Positions 13,250 through 28,399 of a stretch of 64,000 nucleotides of DNA are shown here, piece by piece. The notes beneath the pieces were generated by a model. It was not told the DNA's origin, made no database searches, and was given only the letters and a program-made list of their open reading frames with translations. Made by a program: the position numbers and the translations under genes. The stretch is from Isurus oxyrinchus (Eukaryota), in assembly GCA_026770705.1 (NCBI GenBank), contig JANJGN010000126.1, positions 806,001 through 870,000 of the forward strand, in the 5' to 3' direction. Within the stretch, counting starts at the first letter, position 1. Each line of letters opens with the position of its first letter.

Positions 13250-14010
13250 AGAAACATAAAAGGCACAGAAGGCCGTCATTCAGTCCATTAAGCCTGTGCC
13301 ATTTTTCCCAATTCTCCCTTTATGCACCTAAACCTACAGGTTAAGTTCATTCAAGTCCCCATTGAGTTTCCTATTGAAATCATCATTGGTCTCTGCTGCC
13401 AGCACAATTCTGGGCAGTGAGTTCAGGTCCTCGCTGCTCGCTGCATTACAAAAAATCTTATTTCTATTACTTACTCTGTGTCTTTCTCTTCAAACATTTA
13501 ACTTGTGCCCGATAGTTCCTAACACATCAAATAATCTGGGGAAAGGCCCTGGCCTGCCTCTTCCAAATGCGGCACAATCTTTCACAATGTCATTACATCT
13601 CCACTTAATCTCCTTTGCTCCAAGGAGAACAACACTATTTTCCCCAACCTAACCTTGTAGCTATAATCCTGCACCCATCCCCCGCCTCTCTCTCACGCAA
13701 CCCAACCCCCCCCCCCCCCCCCCCGCCCCCCCCACCCCCGACCCCCTCAATCCCTACAACCTTTCTGGCAAATCTCCTCTGCATCCTCTCAATAACCATG
13801 AAATCGTCGATAACATATGGTGGCTGCAACTCGCTGCAATACTGTAGTTGTGGTCTAACAATATCAGCAGGATGTGCATGTTTTTGTATGCAATGTTTCA
13901 CTTTCTGGATGTCAAGATCCTACATGCTTCGCAATTCACTCTCTCAATAAATCATGCGAACTTCAAAGTTCAATGCACATGCACCCTCAGGACACTCTGC
14001 CCCTGCGCAC
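13250..14010 (-). mobile_element. CR1-type LINE 3' end interrupted by a poly-C tract (13704-13746)
   Basis: Minus frame IVRPQLQYC...IERMQRRFARK is CR1 ORF2 C-terminal. Confidence 0.75.
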
Positions 14011-17000
14011 TATTGAGAAATTCACCACGGTATTGATATTACCTTTCCCTACCCCTTCTTCCAAATGGTATCCCCCCATATTTCTCCTTGCCGCTTTTAG
14101 CAAATGCCGGGCAGGAATAATTTCAGAATCGACAACTTGCACACTGTTCTCAACATCAATAAACACTGCACTAATCTAACTTTATTTTTCTTCTTTCATG
14201 CCAGGTGGGAGTCGCTAGTAAGGTTAAATGTTTTTTCCATCCCTAAGTGCCCTTGGACTGAAAGATTTCCTCTGCAATTTCATTGGGCAGTTAAAAGTTA
14301 GTCACTTTACTATGGGTTTGGCGTTACAGAATAGCAGGCTACTGACTTTCTAGTCACCATTACTGATTTAATAATTGAATTTAAATGCACCAGCTGCTAT
14401 TTTGCAATTTGAACCAATGTCCCCAGAGCATAATCCTGAAAATCTCTTTCATCAGTCAAGTGAGATTATTGGCACTTCACCGCTTATGTCACCGGCCCAC
14501 CCACAGTCCATTGCATTATGCCATCTCAGTAAGAAATAGGAAGGCATTCCATACTTATTAATCCAAATCCCATTCACTTATTTCCTTATTTATCACATTC
14601 ATTGAATCAGAATTATTCAGCAGTAAATCCTCCCATCACATATATGCCAGATTTCACTTTCCTAAAGCTATTCAAGAATTTCCTCTTGCCTGCCCTTTAA
14701 CGACAACCTTCAAAATCTTATTTTTTAATTAATTTATAAATTCCAGTTACCATTTCAATCATACTGTTGCAACTGCCTGCACATTGTTTCAAGCAATGCA
14801 TGCCAAACCACAACACACTGTATGACAAAAATAATTTGTTCTCCTGCTCGCTATTTCTTTGCCATTTATTTTAAATTTGGATTCCAATGTTACAGACCCT
14901 CTCGCAAGTGAAGCGGTTAATTCTGTTCGAGTCTATCCAAAGCTCCTATCATTTTGAGCATGTGGATAAGCTCTCCTTGTAACCTTTATTTTTATAAGAA
15001 CAAGAGGCGCAGATTTCCTAATATCTCCACAAAACTGAAATCAATAATGCCTGTTAAGCTCAGTTTCGAGACTTTAAATATTATTTCTAAATGATCGTAC
15101 CTGCAATGAAATGCAAAACTACAATGGATGCATAATGATTGATTTACAAATATTTAGCAGAACATTTGCTGTGCTTGTATTCTATGCGGTTATTAATAAA
15201 TCCTAAGGCCGTTTTCACCCTCTTTTCACCTAGTCAATTAAATATTTACCCATATGAATCCCCAGGCCACTTCTTCTTGTCCCCTCTTTAAGTTGTATCC
15301 CTGCCCGTTATCCCCTATTTTGCAGCACAACATTACCCAAGGCAGCCCCTCAGTGAAAAAAAGCAATGTTTGCATCATTAGCCGATTTTGTCATTATTAG
15401 TCATCTACACCTTCTTGGAGATATCAAGCGTGATATTGTTACATTGCACCTTTCGGTACTTCCTGTTTGTTGTCCATCTGTGCCAACCTGTTCCAAATTT
15501 ATATGGTTCACAAGAAAGCGGCACAGAAATATCATTGTGAGTTGCAGGTGCTAACACTGCTGAACATTGGGCGGTTTCGCCCCCAATTTACATATTTTAT
15601 GTTTTTTTTAATGCCAGCAGAAAATCACAATTAAATACTCAGTCGTAACTTCTGCCTTACCTTAAAAAAATGATAATATAGAACTGTTCGCCAATCAACT
15701 CAGCAGAAGTGAGATTAATTGATAGAGAAATAACAATTGTTGTTAATACGTGGGTCTTTCAGGAGTTGTAATCATTTATGATCTAACCTTTAAGTGGGAA
15801 ACGTTATCAGTATGCTGAAAAATAGTGCTCAGTCCTCAAAATGCAAGGTACTGACCCGTTACTGGGCATGGATGAGAAGCCATCTGGCTCATCTCATTAA
15901 GTTGTCACCTAGAGAAGAACAATACAAGGACTGCTATCGATAAGAGATTGAAATAAAAGTTTCTGATTCTATCGTGGTAATTTATTGCAAATTGTTTCAT
16001 TGCTTTTCCAGTGACAAATGTTGGAATCTTCATCAGTCTATGCTTCCTGCTAATCCACTTTTGGATGTTCGCTGGCTAATGTATTTGGTTTAGCGGTGAA
16101 ATGTGTTTTGCACAATTCTCAACTATGTTGCATGAATACATTCCAGAACTGAGATGTTTACAAAGTTTAGTTCCCTCCCCCATATTTTGACTTTATTGCT
16201 TTGAGAGCAATTTCTGGCTAAGAACTTGTGTGAGGAACTGAATGAATATTCAATATTTGGTTTGCAATGTGGACGTGTCAGCCATAAGCTGAGACAACTC
16301 CATCCCAGTGATAAGGGAACGACATAGAGCAGTTTGCAATGTATGAAATCATCTTATTCCGTGTCTATTGCAAGTCAACTGTATTTTAATCAATTGAGAA
16401 GCGTGTTCTTGAGGTTAACTGAAGTGGGGAACACATTATCATTACTAGTTGACAATATGGAAACGAGGAGATAATGGTGACCACATGCAAGGAAAGCATC
16501 AGTTCCTTGTTTTAGTTCCTTATGATACGAGAACTGCTGTTTATTAGTGACAACGGGGCGAACCCCGCCTGTGTGTTGCGATGAAAGCCAATGATATTGA
16601 TTGGCTGAACTCAAGATTGATTTGTTTATTGTGATATATCTATGTATGTGCGTGTATGTGTCTGTGAGTGTATTTATAGATGTGTGTGTGTGTGGATTAA
16701 TTCGTGTTATTTACACCACCGAACGGCACGTCAAAGCATTTCACAGACAATGAGATACTTTTGTAGTCGCTACAGTGTAAAATACATGTGAAGAGATGTT
16801 CACATCTCAGCACTTAATTTGAGCGATTGCATCGCCATTCATGTGGACTTCCGTTCGTTGATTTGTATTCCTGAAACAACATGCATAAATCAAAAGATCA
16901 CTGAATCTTGGCCACTGTAAGATTATCCGAGGAATTAGTACTATTTCGGGCTGTGATTGCAGCTGGTTCCTTACATGGTTCACACTTGGATGCTGATAAT

Positions 17001-19169
17001 TTGCTATAGGAGCTTTTAGGGTCATGGCCGCCCATGGAACCTGAATCCTATTATAGTGAGCATAGTTTAGATAACATGAGGGACATATGCTCTGGCTGAA
17101 TCGGGTTGTTGACGTTGGCGTTCATATTCCACGCATGCACAAATTAATTTTATATCCCAGGCAGACGTTAAGTGGGCTGGCGAATCATTGCCAAGCGCCT
17201 CTTACCCAAATATCAATAAAATATCGCTGCCCAACGCGAAACCTACAGGAGGTGGCATTAGTTATGGTGGTAAAGTCGGGAAATTTAGACTTAGTGTCAA
17301 TAAGAAAAAAAGAGTGCATTCGTTAATTAGGCATGCCCCTGCCAAGTGTGTCAATGTAACTGTTACTAGAACTAGTAATGGCAAGGCTGATGTCATTCGG
17401 ACAATCATCAAACATAAGTTAAAATTGATAAATCTTATTATCTTGATTCACCTGTCCTTAGAAATCGCAGCAGACTCTTGAACCATTCATCGAATTTACT
17501 TCCACATCCCTGCCAGAAGATCATTCAAGGGATTGCTTATTCTTAGTGCTTACAGGTTGCATCTAACTTCAGTCCTTAACGTGCATACCTTTTATCAGTT
17601 TGTACATTCATTTCATTGACCTGCACTCAATTTAAATTTGATCTCCGGCTTAATATTTTCTATTACACTCATAGATTCACCTCATTCATAAATCAATGAA
17701 TCTGTAATTTGCTGATACCTGCAAATATCCTAATACTCTGACTGTAAAGATATTCTCTGCAATGACGCCCAGCACTATTGCCAGCACTGTACCTTACTGT
17801 AGTGTCACATGGACTCGAGTTGAAATCTAGATTCAAGGCCTGACATGAAGTGCTCAAGATGTCAGGTTAACTCAATAGACTTAGAGGGCTACCCGATCAA
17901 GGTGGCGCTATGGATTAGAAAGCATCACTTTATCAAACAAAGCTCCAATCTCTATCAAATTTCCAGGGGTCAGTGTTCACATTGAGCATCAGCCTGGATT
18001 GAATGGCTTTGTTAACGGAGAGGAGAATCAAACACAATTTCTCAAAGCAGGTAGGAAAATCGGAAGGATTCTCTACCAAAGTGCTATTCTACACGCCCGA
18101 TTTTCTGCTTTTGGCTGGCCATACTGCCCCCATAATGTGAAGACTTAAACCCGCTCCCTCCTCCCATCCATTTCAGTTTCCTCATATTCCGCAAGAGATC
18201 GCATTTCATATCATAATCTCAATGTTACTTGTTGTATTTTATTCAATTTGTCGAAGTCCTATCTGCATTAACACCTTCCTTACATTACGCAGCAATCCAC
18301 AGGTTGCATGGCTAAATACTTTCCACTTCATTTCGTCTGCGACCTTGCATTCCTTTATGTATTGGGATCGCTGGAATACTGTGGGAAGCTTGACCCCGAT
18401 CCTGGGGCACCCCATATTTTTTTCCCCTAACACTAAATAATACCCCTAACTAATATTGAATACTACCATCCTTCAGCGAATTGCTATCCCATCATCAACT
18501 TTTATCCATGACACCAAAGGAAAGTAAATCTTAGGCAGGCGCAAAATGGCCTGCCGCAACATTGTCACTAAGCTTTTACCAAACAGCCATTAAAACTCAC
18601 CTCCCGCAATGCTTTAATCCGCTGCTACAGCCTTTGATATGGAAACTCATGCAATGCTTGTATTGAAACCAGGTATACTTCATGACCAGGTTGTCCAACA
18701 TTCAGTTTTTGTGCCATTTCTTCACAAAATGTATTTAGTTAAGAAGATCTGCCATGGCGGAGGGTTCGATTACTAATAACTGAAAAACGGTGCAAAACTG
18801 AGTCGGATTTTGCATTACTATGTTCTTGAGAATGGTCATGAAACTAGATTTTCATTTTTCCACGCCGAGATGTTTCTTTGTTTCACTGATTCACTCATTA
18901 TAGTGTCTGCAGTGGGTATCTACATCTCTTGTTGCGCTTAGCATGATTGCGAGTGCAGTGGCTCCCTAGAAATGTATTGCTTTGGTATCTACTGCCTGTA
19001 TAGAGCGCCACATAGAAATGACAAATTCATCATGATAGGTTCAGTGTTTATGCAGTGACATGCACAAATGATGATGCAGTTCATTTTGTTCATAAGATTT
19101 GACGTTGAAAATGTGCAAAATAACATGCTTGTCAGCAATATTAATGCCCCTGTATAAAACGCACAATGA

Positions 19170-20235
19170 CAGATTGGGTCCAAAGTTGGATGAGTGACAG
19201 ATAACCGACAGTAGTGTTGAATGATGATTTATTTTTCTAACTGGAGGAAGGCATACAGGAGGTGCTCTCCAGTAGCAGGTACCAGGAGAACTGTTTTCCT
19301 TGATATATGTTAAGGACGTGGACTAGGGCTTGCAAGGAAACAATTTCAAAATTGAGACATTGTGCAAATCGTGGAAGCATTGCAAACTTGTTCGAAGGAT
19401 AGCCATCGATTTGAAGAGGACATGGGCACACTGGTGGAACAGCTGGATTAGTGACAAATCAAACTTACTTTAGGCAACATTGAAGTGATAAGTCTTGCAG
19501 GAAGAACGTGGTTAGACAATGAAAAAATAAGGGTCCTTTCCTCCGGAGAATGAAGGTACAGAGGGACCTCACGATATATATGCACAAACCAATGGATGTA
19601 ACAGGACAAGTTGACAATGTGCTTAAAAGGTACACTTGATCCTGGGCTTCATAATTAGAAGCATATAGTACAAAACCAACCAGGTTGTCATGAACCTTTA
19701 TAAAAAAGGTTTGCCATTAACTGGAATAACATGCTCAGTTCTGGGCTCTACAGATTCTGAAGGATGTGAAGGCATTAATTAGAGTACATAAGCAATTTTC
19801 GAAAGCGGTACCAGGGATGAGGTACTTCCGTTGCCCTAGTGGTTTGTAGAAACTGGGGCTGTTCAATCTGGAGAAGTGAAGGACGAGAGCAGATTTTATA
19901 GAAATATTCAAAATTATGATGAGTCTGGACAGACTACAAAGCGAGAACCTGTTCCCATTGGTGGAAGAAGCAAGGACCAGAGGGAACTCATTTAAGGTGA
20001 AAAAAGGCGGCTCATGGGAAAGGGAAAAAAATAACGTTTCGTTCACTCTGCCCGAGGTTGGGCTCTAGAATGCCCTCGAGGGAGAATCAATCATGGCGTT
20101 CGAAAGGGAATTGGATTATTATCTGAAAGAGAAAAACAATACAGATGGAGGATTGGTGCTCAATGAGTTGCTGCTGCAGAGAATGGACAGGGGCATAGCG
20201 ATCAGGATGGTTTCCTACTGCGCTGTAACCAGCCT
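19170..20235 (+). mobile_element. Decayed CR1 LINE (RT C-terminus and 3' UTR)
   Basis: Colinear with the 55.3-56.4 kb CR1 segment. Confidence 0.7.
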
Positions 20236-20764
20236 CTGATCATCTGGTTGAAGGTTCTGAAATTCATTCCTCTTTCGATTTCCCAGGTGGCCCGATTATG
20301 ACGTGAATGTAGAAAGCATGGCATGTTTAATATTCTGGGACTGTATGATGAACATTCCCATATTACAACGATTTCAGTATGACCGTTACAAACTTGGAAA
20401 TACGGCAGAATACAAGAGCACAGAATTGCGTTATTAGGGGAAAATAACAGGTACGCTCAGGAATGTGTCAAGTGATGTTTTGAGCCTGCTCCACAATTCA
20501 AAAAGATCATAGCTGAACTTGTACATCAGCATCCCTCTCCACATATATCCACCAATTCTTTGATTCCATTAGAGTAAAATGTCTATCTTTCTCAAAATTC
20601 ATATGCTCACCTTATATTTATTCTTTCATGGGAGGTTGGCTTTGCTGACTATGACAGTATTTAGATCCCATGCATAATTGCCCTTGAGAAGGTCCTGATG
20701 AACTGCCTTCCTGAACCGTGGCAGTCTATGTAGCATAGGTGCACACACAGTGCTGTTAGGATAA

Positions 20765-22625
20765 AATTTCTATCCAAATGAAAACATATGGGTAGAGCTT
20801 AAAAACAAAATGTGAAGCAATCACATTTCTCGGAGGGTACTATAGGCCCCCAAACGGTCAGAGAGAAATAGAAGAACAGATGTGTAGAGAAATGTCAGAG
20901 AAGTGTAAATATAATAGGAAAGGAATAGTGGGGGATTTCAAGTTCCCTAACATTAATTGGGTTATTCATAGTGTGATAGGTTTAGAGGGAGCAGAATTCT
21001 TGAAATGCATCCAGGAAAGCTCCTTAAGCCATTGCGTTGAAGGTTCTACAAGAGAGGGGGAAGTCCTGGGCTTAATTTTAGGGAATGAAGCTGGGAAAGT
21101 GATAGATGTATCAATGGGGAAGCAATTTGCAGATAATGATCATGGCTCCGTTAGATTCAAGGTTGTTATGGGAAAGGACAAGGATGGGCTAGAAATCAGA
21201 GTTCTAAATTGGGGTAAAACCGATTTTAAGAAGGTCCGGTGTGATTTTGCCAGAGTGGACTTGGAGCAGCTACTTATAGGTAAATTTGCGTCAGAGCAGT
21301 GGGGCTTATTCAAGAAGGAAATCTGAACAGCACAGGGCCAACATTGTCCAGTAATGACAAAGGGTGGGACCAACAAGCCCATGGAGCCCTGGATGTCGAG
21401 AGAAATTCAGGATTGAATAAAGAGTAAAAGGGAGGCTTATGGCAGATACCGACGGCTCAATACAGTGGAAGCCCTAGAAAAATATACAATGTGTAAGAGG
21501 GAACTCAAAAAGGAAATTAGGAGAGCAAAAATGGGGCATGAAAAAAATTGGTGGGTAACCTAAAGGAAAATCTAAAGTTATTTTACAAATGCATTAAGAG
21601 TAAGAGGATAACTATGGAAATATTAGGGCCCATTAAGGACAATAGTGGTAATTTGTGTGTGGAGCATGAAGACGTAGGTAGGGTTCCAAATGAATACATT
21701 GCGTCAGTGTTTACAAGTCAGATGGATGACGTGGGCATGGAAATCAGGCAGAAGGACTGTGATGTAGTTAAATAAATTAGCAAAGAAAGGGATGACGTTT
21801 TAAGCTCTGGCAGGCTTAAAAGTAGATACATCTCCAGGCACGGGTAAAATATACCCCAGGCTGTTCATTGAGGCAAGGGGCGCTGGCAACAATTTCCAAT
21901 ACCTCTCTGGCCACAGGAGAGGTGCCAGAGGACTGGAGGAGAATCAATGTGGTACCTTTATTCAAGAAGAGAGGGAGGGAGGAACCAGGGAACTACATCC
22001 CAGTAAGTATAACCTCAGTGGTGGGGAATTTGTGGAAGCAATTCTGAAGGACAGAATTAATCTACACTTGGACAGTGAGGGATTAATCAAGGACATTAGC
22101 ATGACTTATTGAAAGGGAGGCCATGTCCGTCCAATTTGCTTGAATTTTCCAAGCGGTGACCAGGTGTGTAGAAGAGTGTGATGCATTTGATGTGCTCTAC
22201 TTGAACTTCAGCAAGGCTTTTGATAATGTCCCATATGGGAGACAGATAACGAAAGGAAGAGTCCATGGGATCCAAGGCAATATGGCAAATGGTTTCCAGA
22301 ACTGGATGTTTGACAGGAAGCAGAGAGTGATGGTTGAGGCGTGTTTTTGTGACTGCATGCCTGTGTCCAGTGGGGTTCCATGGGGATCGGTTTTGGGTCC
22401 CTTGCTCTTTGTGGTATATATAAAGAATGTAGACTTGCATGGAGGAGGGTTAATAAGTAAGTTCGCAGATGACATGCAAATTTGTGGGGCAGTAAATAGT
22501 GAGGAGGGTAGCCTTAGATTACAGGAGGACATAGACGGGCTGGTCAGATGGGCTAATCAGTAGCAAATGTAGTTTAATCCGAATACGTGTGAGATGATGC
22601 ACTTGGGTAGGACCAAAAGGAACGG
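20765..22625 (+). mobile_element. CR1 LINE ORF2 remnant (APE endonuclease C-half plus RT)
   Basis: IVGDFKFPNINW, DHGSVRF, DVLYLNFSKAFDNV, SGVPWGSVLGP, SKFADD; stops and frameshifts. Confidence 0.92.
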
Positions 22626-22629
22626 GGAT

Positions 22630-22839
22630 AAAAACAAAAAAACTGCGGATGCTGGAAATCCAAAACAAAAACAGAATTACCTGCAAAAACTGAGCAGGTC
22701 TGGCAGCATCGGCGGAGAAGAAAAGAGTTGACATTTCGAGTCCTCATGACCCTTCGACAGTTCTGTCGAAGGGTCATGAGGACTCGAAACGTCAACTCCT
22801 TTCTTCTCCGCCGATGCTGCCAGACCTGCTGAATTTTTC
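22630..22839. mobile_element. Penelope-like terminal repeat forming a near-perfect palindrome (about 76-bp arms, TT loop at 22761-22762)
   Basis: Inverted arms about 22685-22760 and 22763-22839, each with a hammerhead-like core. Single-arm copies near 25270-25450 and 56737-56834. Confidence 0.7.
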
Positions 22840-23374
22840 GAGACAAATTGAATCCCGTTTGCCACTTCACTTTAATTTCGGATGCTTTTTGAAATGTGGC
22901 TACAATTGTTCTCCTCAACCTCCGCGTCACAATTTTGTGCCTTATGTTAAACTCTTGGTAGCTAATGTAGAGGGACGAAAATATGGGACAATCAAGCATA
23001 TGATTAATTAAACACTTGTACGATTGTAGCAAAACAATTAAGATTGCTTTAATAATGTGCTTGCTAATTCACATTTGACTGGAATAAGAAAGGGACCGCG
23101 TTAAGGCTCAGTTGCATCGACCTTTAAAAGTTCAATTGCATCAGATATAGAGCCGTAGTAAGCGTTTAAATACATATAACCATATATTGCAACTCAAACC
23201 TTATGCGCATTTGTACATTTTGCCTCGAACACGCTCTTTCGTTGAGCTGTATAATGGCTAAGGCAGTCAGGCCCGGAATATTGAAGACATCTCTCTTGTC
23301 ATTCATTAGAAGAGGAATACCACAGGAGGTATGTAGCAAATCATTCAATAATAAAGGGGTGGTGGCAGGGTGCG

Positions 23375-23432
23375 GGGGGGGGGGGGGGGGGGGGGGGGTG
23401 GTGGGGGGGGGGTGGGGGGTGGAGGGGTGGGG
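23375..23432. repeat. Poly-G / G-rich tract
   Basis: Visible directly. Confidence 0.9.
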
Positions 23433-25269
23433 AACGTTATGCACAGGCTCTGTTATGGATACATGTGAAGAAGTAAGGCTTCAAAGAATAGTTTATGTGT
23501 GGAACACTGGAGTTTAACAGCACCTAAACACATAAAAACAATAACACTCAAAGCCAGTAGCCAATTATTAACAACTTTCATATGAATTGTACGGTGTTAA
23601 GTTCAAAATTGACATGTGCATCTAAATGTATCACGCGTTTTGCATACCGAGCTCCTGGGGTTTCCAATCCTAACAGTCATCTGGAAATGGGAGCATTTTA
23701 AAGTTCTCTTTCGGGTTTTCAAATCCCTCCTTTACCTCACTATCTTTCTTATTATCCTCAGTCCTACTATCCGTCCGGATTGGTGAACTCCTCAGCATCG
23801 GGCCATTGAAGCAACTTCAATTTTAATCACTCTTTAATTTAGCCTTCAGCTTGCAAGAAGCTGAGCTATGTAATTCCGTTCCTACATCTCTCCACATCTC
23901 CATACCTCTTTGCCACTACATACCACATTCTCCAAGCTATTTGACATCTGCCCTAATATCTGCTAATGAAGTTTTATCTTAACTGTTATTTGTTAAAGTC
24001 CCTGAGAAACACCTCGGTACGCATAACTAAATTAAAATCGTGACAAAATGCAACCAGTCACTGGTTCCTCTATCTCATATTCACCCTATGTATGTGGTAT
24101 TGCCTTGTGTTCGCGTTAACTTGAAGTAGTGAAAATAATTAATCTGATGTTTCAGTTCTGTGGATCAGTCCAAAACTCGGAGTGGAACTTACAAGAAATT
24201 GATAAATTAATGTAATAATGATTCAGGAGAGATCTAGATCTTCACCTAGAACTAAATGTGCAGGGTATGTCGGAAAGGATCTGGATGCGTGGCCCGAACA
24301 GTCCACGCTTTTTTTTCCAAGGTCATTTGAGTTTTATCACTTATTTTCTGTTCCAGGTATAAAAATTCAACCTTGTGTTCCCTTCTCCATCATAAGTTTG
24401 CTTAGGTTCACCTTAAATAACTCCAAACTATTCGATTTCGCCTTGTGGTGTCATTTTCAGGACTCTTTGGAGGAATAAATTTCTTTGACTTTAATATCGG
24501 ATTGCTTGCTGACTCTCTCATAATGATGACCTCTAGTTATTTTCTTTATCAACCTAGAAAATATTTGTCTCGTGTAGCCTCTATCCAAACCTTGCAAATT
24601 AATGGCCCCTAGTAAGCCACAATGCAGCTTTATTTGTAATCAAGAAATGAGTAGCGGAGACTGCAAATCCTTTCCGGATATGTATAGCCGCGCAATTCTG
24701 GTGACACATTTGTACATTTTCTCTTTACTTTTGGGTGTCTCTATGTCAGTTTTCTTTTACATTAGGGCAAAAACCAGAACTGCTCCCGTTACACTAAGTG
24801 TAGTCTCACCAAAGGTTAAGCATGACTTCTCTGCCCTTCAATAAAATCGGCGTATAAATGTTGTTTTAATGGTCTTGCTAAGCTGTGGCATAACTTTTAA
24901 GTAACAATGCATTTACACCCCGCAAGCACCCTTAATGATCCCCCTCTATATCATTAATCATTAATTAAACCACATTCTTCCCAACAAAATGTGTTCCTTC
25001 CCATTTATCTGTGCGAATCTCCATTTGCCAAATCTGTGATCACAGTGCAGGTATATTTAGGAAACTCAAAATGTGGAGAAAAATCAGCACTAACTCCAAC
25101 ACGGGCGTGGTGGTGGTGAATATTAATGATACACTTAAGGTAAAGCTAGAGTACCTGACGGACGAAGACTTGGAGGCATATTTTGATTTCCTGACATCAT
25201 GCAACGTGGAAAGAAGCTTTTGTGGAGAAGAAGCAGCCTCATAGTCTGGAATAACTTATAACTGCACTG

Positions 25270-25450
25270 TAATATAAAAGCAAAGTATTGCCGGTGCAGG
25301 AAATCTGAAATAAAAACAAAAAATGGCGGGAGAAAACTCAGCAGATCTGGCAGCAACAGTAGAGAGAGAAACAGTGTTAACATTTCGAGTCCCTTTGACT
25401 CTTCAGAGCTAAAGAAAAGTAGAAATGTGATGGATTTTATGCTGTTTAAC
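25270..25450 (-). mobile_element. Penelope-like terminal repeat copy
   Basis: aaactcagcagatctggcagca...catttcgagtcc...gactcttcag is homologous to the left arm at 22630-22760. Confidence 0.6.
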
Positions 25451-28399
25451 AGAGGATGTAGCACATGCTGACAGACCTCCACTGACTTACATATGCAAAT
25501 ATCTATTCTTTCATCCAAGTCATTTAATAAATGTGATGGGAATTTGAAACCCCAGAACACATCCCTGGGGAAGCACCACAGGTTGGTACTATCAATCCTC
25601 GTGTGTAACATTTATCTCGACTTTCAGTGTCCTCCCTTTCTCTAATTTTCGATGTGAGTGTGAACCTAATGGAAGACCTTCACGAAATCCAAAGGATTAA
25701 TGCTGCTAGATTTCTCTTTAATGGTACCATCCCCAAACATTCAATTAAATTCGTAGATGCAGCACAATCTTTACAGTGCACTGCAGATATTTGGGCGGGA
25801 ATTTTCGGCCCCTCCCGCCGGCTGGATTTTCCGTCTCGCTGAAGCAAATGCACTTTTTCTCGCCATATTTCAGGGCCGCGCCCGCGCTTTGCTTGATTAA
25901 TTTTATGTACAAATTGTGTCAAACCAATGCTAAATCTTTCAGAGGAATAAAGAATGGAGTTTCTGATAATCGGGCATCAGCATCAGGAGAATAACTCAAG
26001 CCTCAGGCTGTTGAAGACTGAATCAAGGGGCGAAATTTCACGCCGAATTCAAGGGATTTCAGAATGGTTCGCTGAATTTTACGGCGCCGTCCCCGCCTCG
26101 ACGGGACCGTAAGATTCTGGCTAAGAATATAGGCTTTAGTTGAAATGGAAATTACAATTGCGGAAGGCTTCACCGAGTTTAAAAAAATGATAATAAAATG
26201 CATTAATATAGCGCCTTTTAATCCTCATTACACAGCATATTGTTGAGGAATGGAGACCACAGACTGTCCCTTTATCCTTGATCTTTGAGCTAAGGTTCAG
26301 GTGCCACTGCCATTTAACTACCCCTACATCACTCCACCGACGGTGATCTTACACTGCTGCCCCCTCCATAATTCTACTCACCGATGTATCCCTTTGTTTT
26401 ATTCTCTGAAGGCTTTAGTCTGTGTGTAGAGCAGGACAAACTCGATGTACAATATTGCAGCACACGGGTGGACAGCAGATGGTTAAGAATTGAAACTGGA
26501 CTGGAATATAACAGAGTAGCGAACTACGATCTCTATAATACTCTTCATCCCATTTAGTAACTGGGTTATTCATCTTCGTACAATAAAACCATTAAAATCT
26601 CTATTAAATGGTGAAGAGCGCAAATGGATTCCCAAAGTCCTTCCTATTGATTTGCCGACATCATCAGCAGCAATGTGCAAATGATGATGTGAGCTGCAAT
26701 GTTCATGGTATCAGAAATTAGAACTAGCACTGTTCTTATATCAGTTATTATCAAACTGACACAATTTCCATGATATGAAATTCACTCTGGCCCAATAACA
26801 CCATTAAGTTGTCAGGTTAATTATATGACCAGCTAAGGAAATCCAGCTCCCACTAGGTGACAACTGGTTGAGCACATGGACATTATGCTTGTGTGAATCT
26901 GATTATAAAGCGCACGTTCGAAGAAATATGAACCACAAATGATTTGGATGGTGATGGTTCGGAAATCATAGGGAATTGTGCATCAAAGTGCTACCGGATG
27001 GCGATTTACCATCCACAGACATTATTGATCGAACAACAGGAGAGGGTGGCTCAATTACAACGATTTGATTTCCAACGTTATGTGGGAAAATCACCGGTGG
27101 GCAATTGCAGAAATTGCAATATTTCTGAATAACTTTCCCTAATAGACCCCTGTGTGCCAGTGGACTCGACTATCAGGGCGGGTTAAAAAAAGTGATCCAT
27201 CCCTGCTTTCAAGGGAAAAATCCAGATGTGCCTCCCAACCTGAACATTGCTAGATGCTTGTCAGAAGGTAATGAACATTTTGTATCAGCCAAAGGCAATG
27301 CATCCTGTTCCTTGAGGTCTGTTCAAGAGATGAAAAAGCGGTGTCAGCTCCACGTACTTTCCCTTCACACATCTAGCCAAGCTTATCATGACTTTTGACA
27401 TCGTTTCTGAATCAAGCATAAATCTTGCTCGTAAAATTCCACAGCTTCATAACTTACTGTATGGAGACTGTTCACTTGGTCACTGTTCGAAATCTCCAAA
27501 ATGTAATATTGTACCTCTGGCCCTCTTGACCCCTCAAGCATATCCTGTCCAATTATTTGATATTTTTACACACTTTTGCCATATAGATTTTTTGAAGAAA
27601 GTTGAACAACCAAAAATAGTTTTTTTTTTTTATTTATATTTCCCAGTACCTGGCAACGTTCTTGTGAACAAGGATAGCAGCAGAGTGATTATGCCGCAAA
27701 ATAAATAGTCTTGACGGATTAATACAGATATTAATACACAGGCATGGTTTCAACTACCACCACAGCAGCGCGGGAAATAAAATTCAGTAAGTTTAATGAA
27801 GCTGTAATTAAAAAAGCTACGATTATCAGTGTTGAAAATGAAACTACGTGATTGTCATAAGGAAACATTTTGTTCGAATGCCCATTAGGGAATATCTGCT
27901 CTTCTTATTCAACCTACTTGTATTTAATACAAAATGCCCAGTCGTGTAGTTGACTTTTAAATCCTCTCTAAAATGGCCGAGCCAGACATTCCTGTCCAGA
28001 AGTCGACTCAACACCACCTCTCAAGGGAAATGAGGGATAAATAGTAAACGTTGCATTTTCTCGAGGCACCCACAAATAGAGAAGGAACAGGAACTTAAGA
28101 AAATGTGTTGTACGATATTCAAAGCCTAAACATTCCTAATATATTATGAAACCAAACATAATTTAATCTCCCTGTTCTTCCCTAAACCGCGCTAGTTTCC
28201 TTTCAGGGTATATTTTTCAGTGTTTTCTTTGCAAAATGTATCTTCTCAAAATTACTGACATTGATTTACATCTGCGACTTTTCAGCTTATTATTCCATTT
28301 TAATAATCTCGCTTTGGACTTCGAAACAATCAGTGATATTTCTTATTGCGCTGTCACATTCACATTTTGGAACACTCTCCTTCGGACCACAACAAACAC

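Noticed and set aside
13615-13950. Poly-Pro/poly-Gly ORFs (also at 23166-23517 and 29676-30046)
   Set aside because: Artefacts of poly-C/G tracts.
7576-25500. Additional perfect octamers at 7576 and 25493
   Set aside because: A few are expected by chance in 64 kb of AT-rich DNA, and no leader or V exon follows them.
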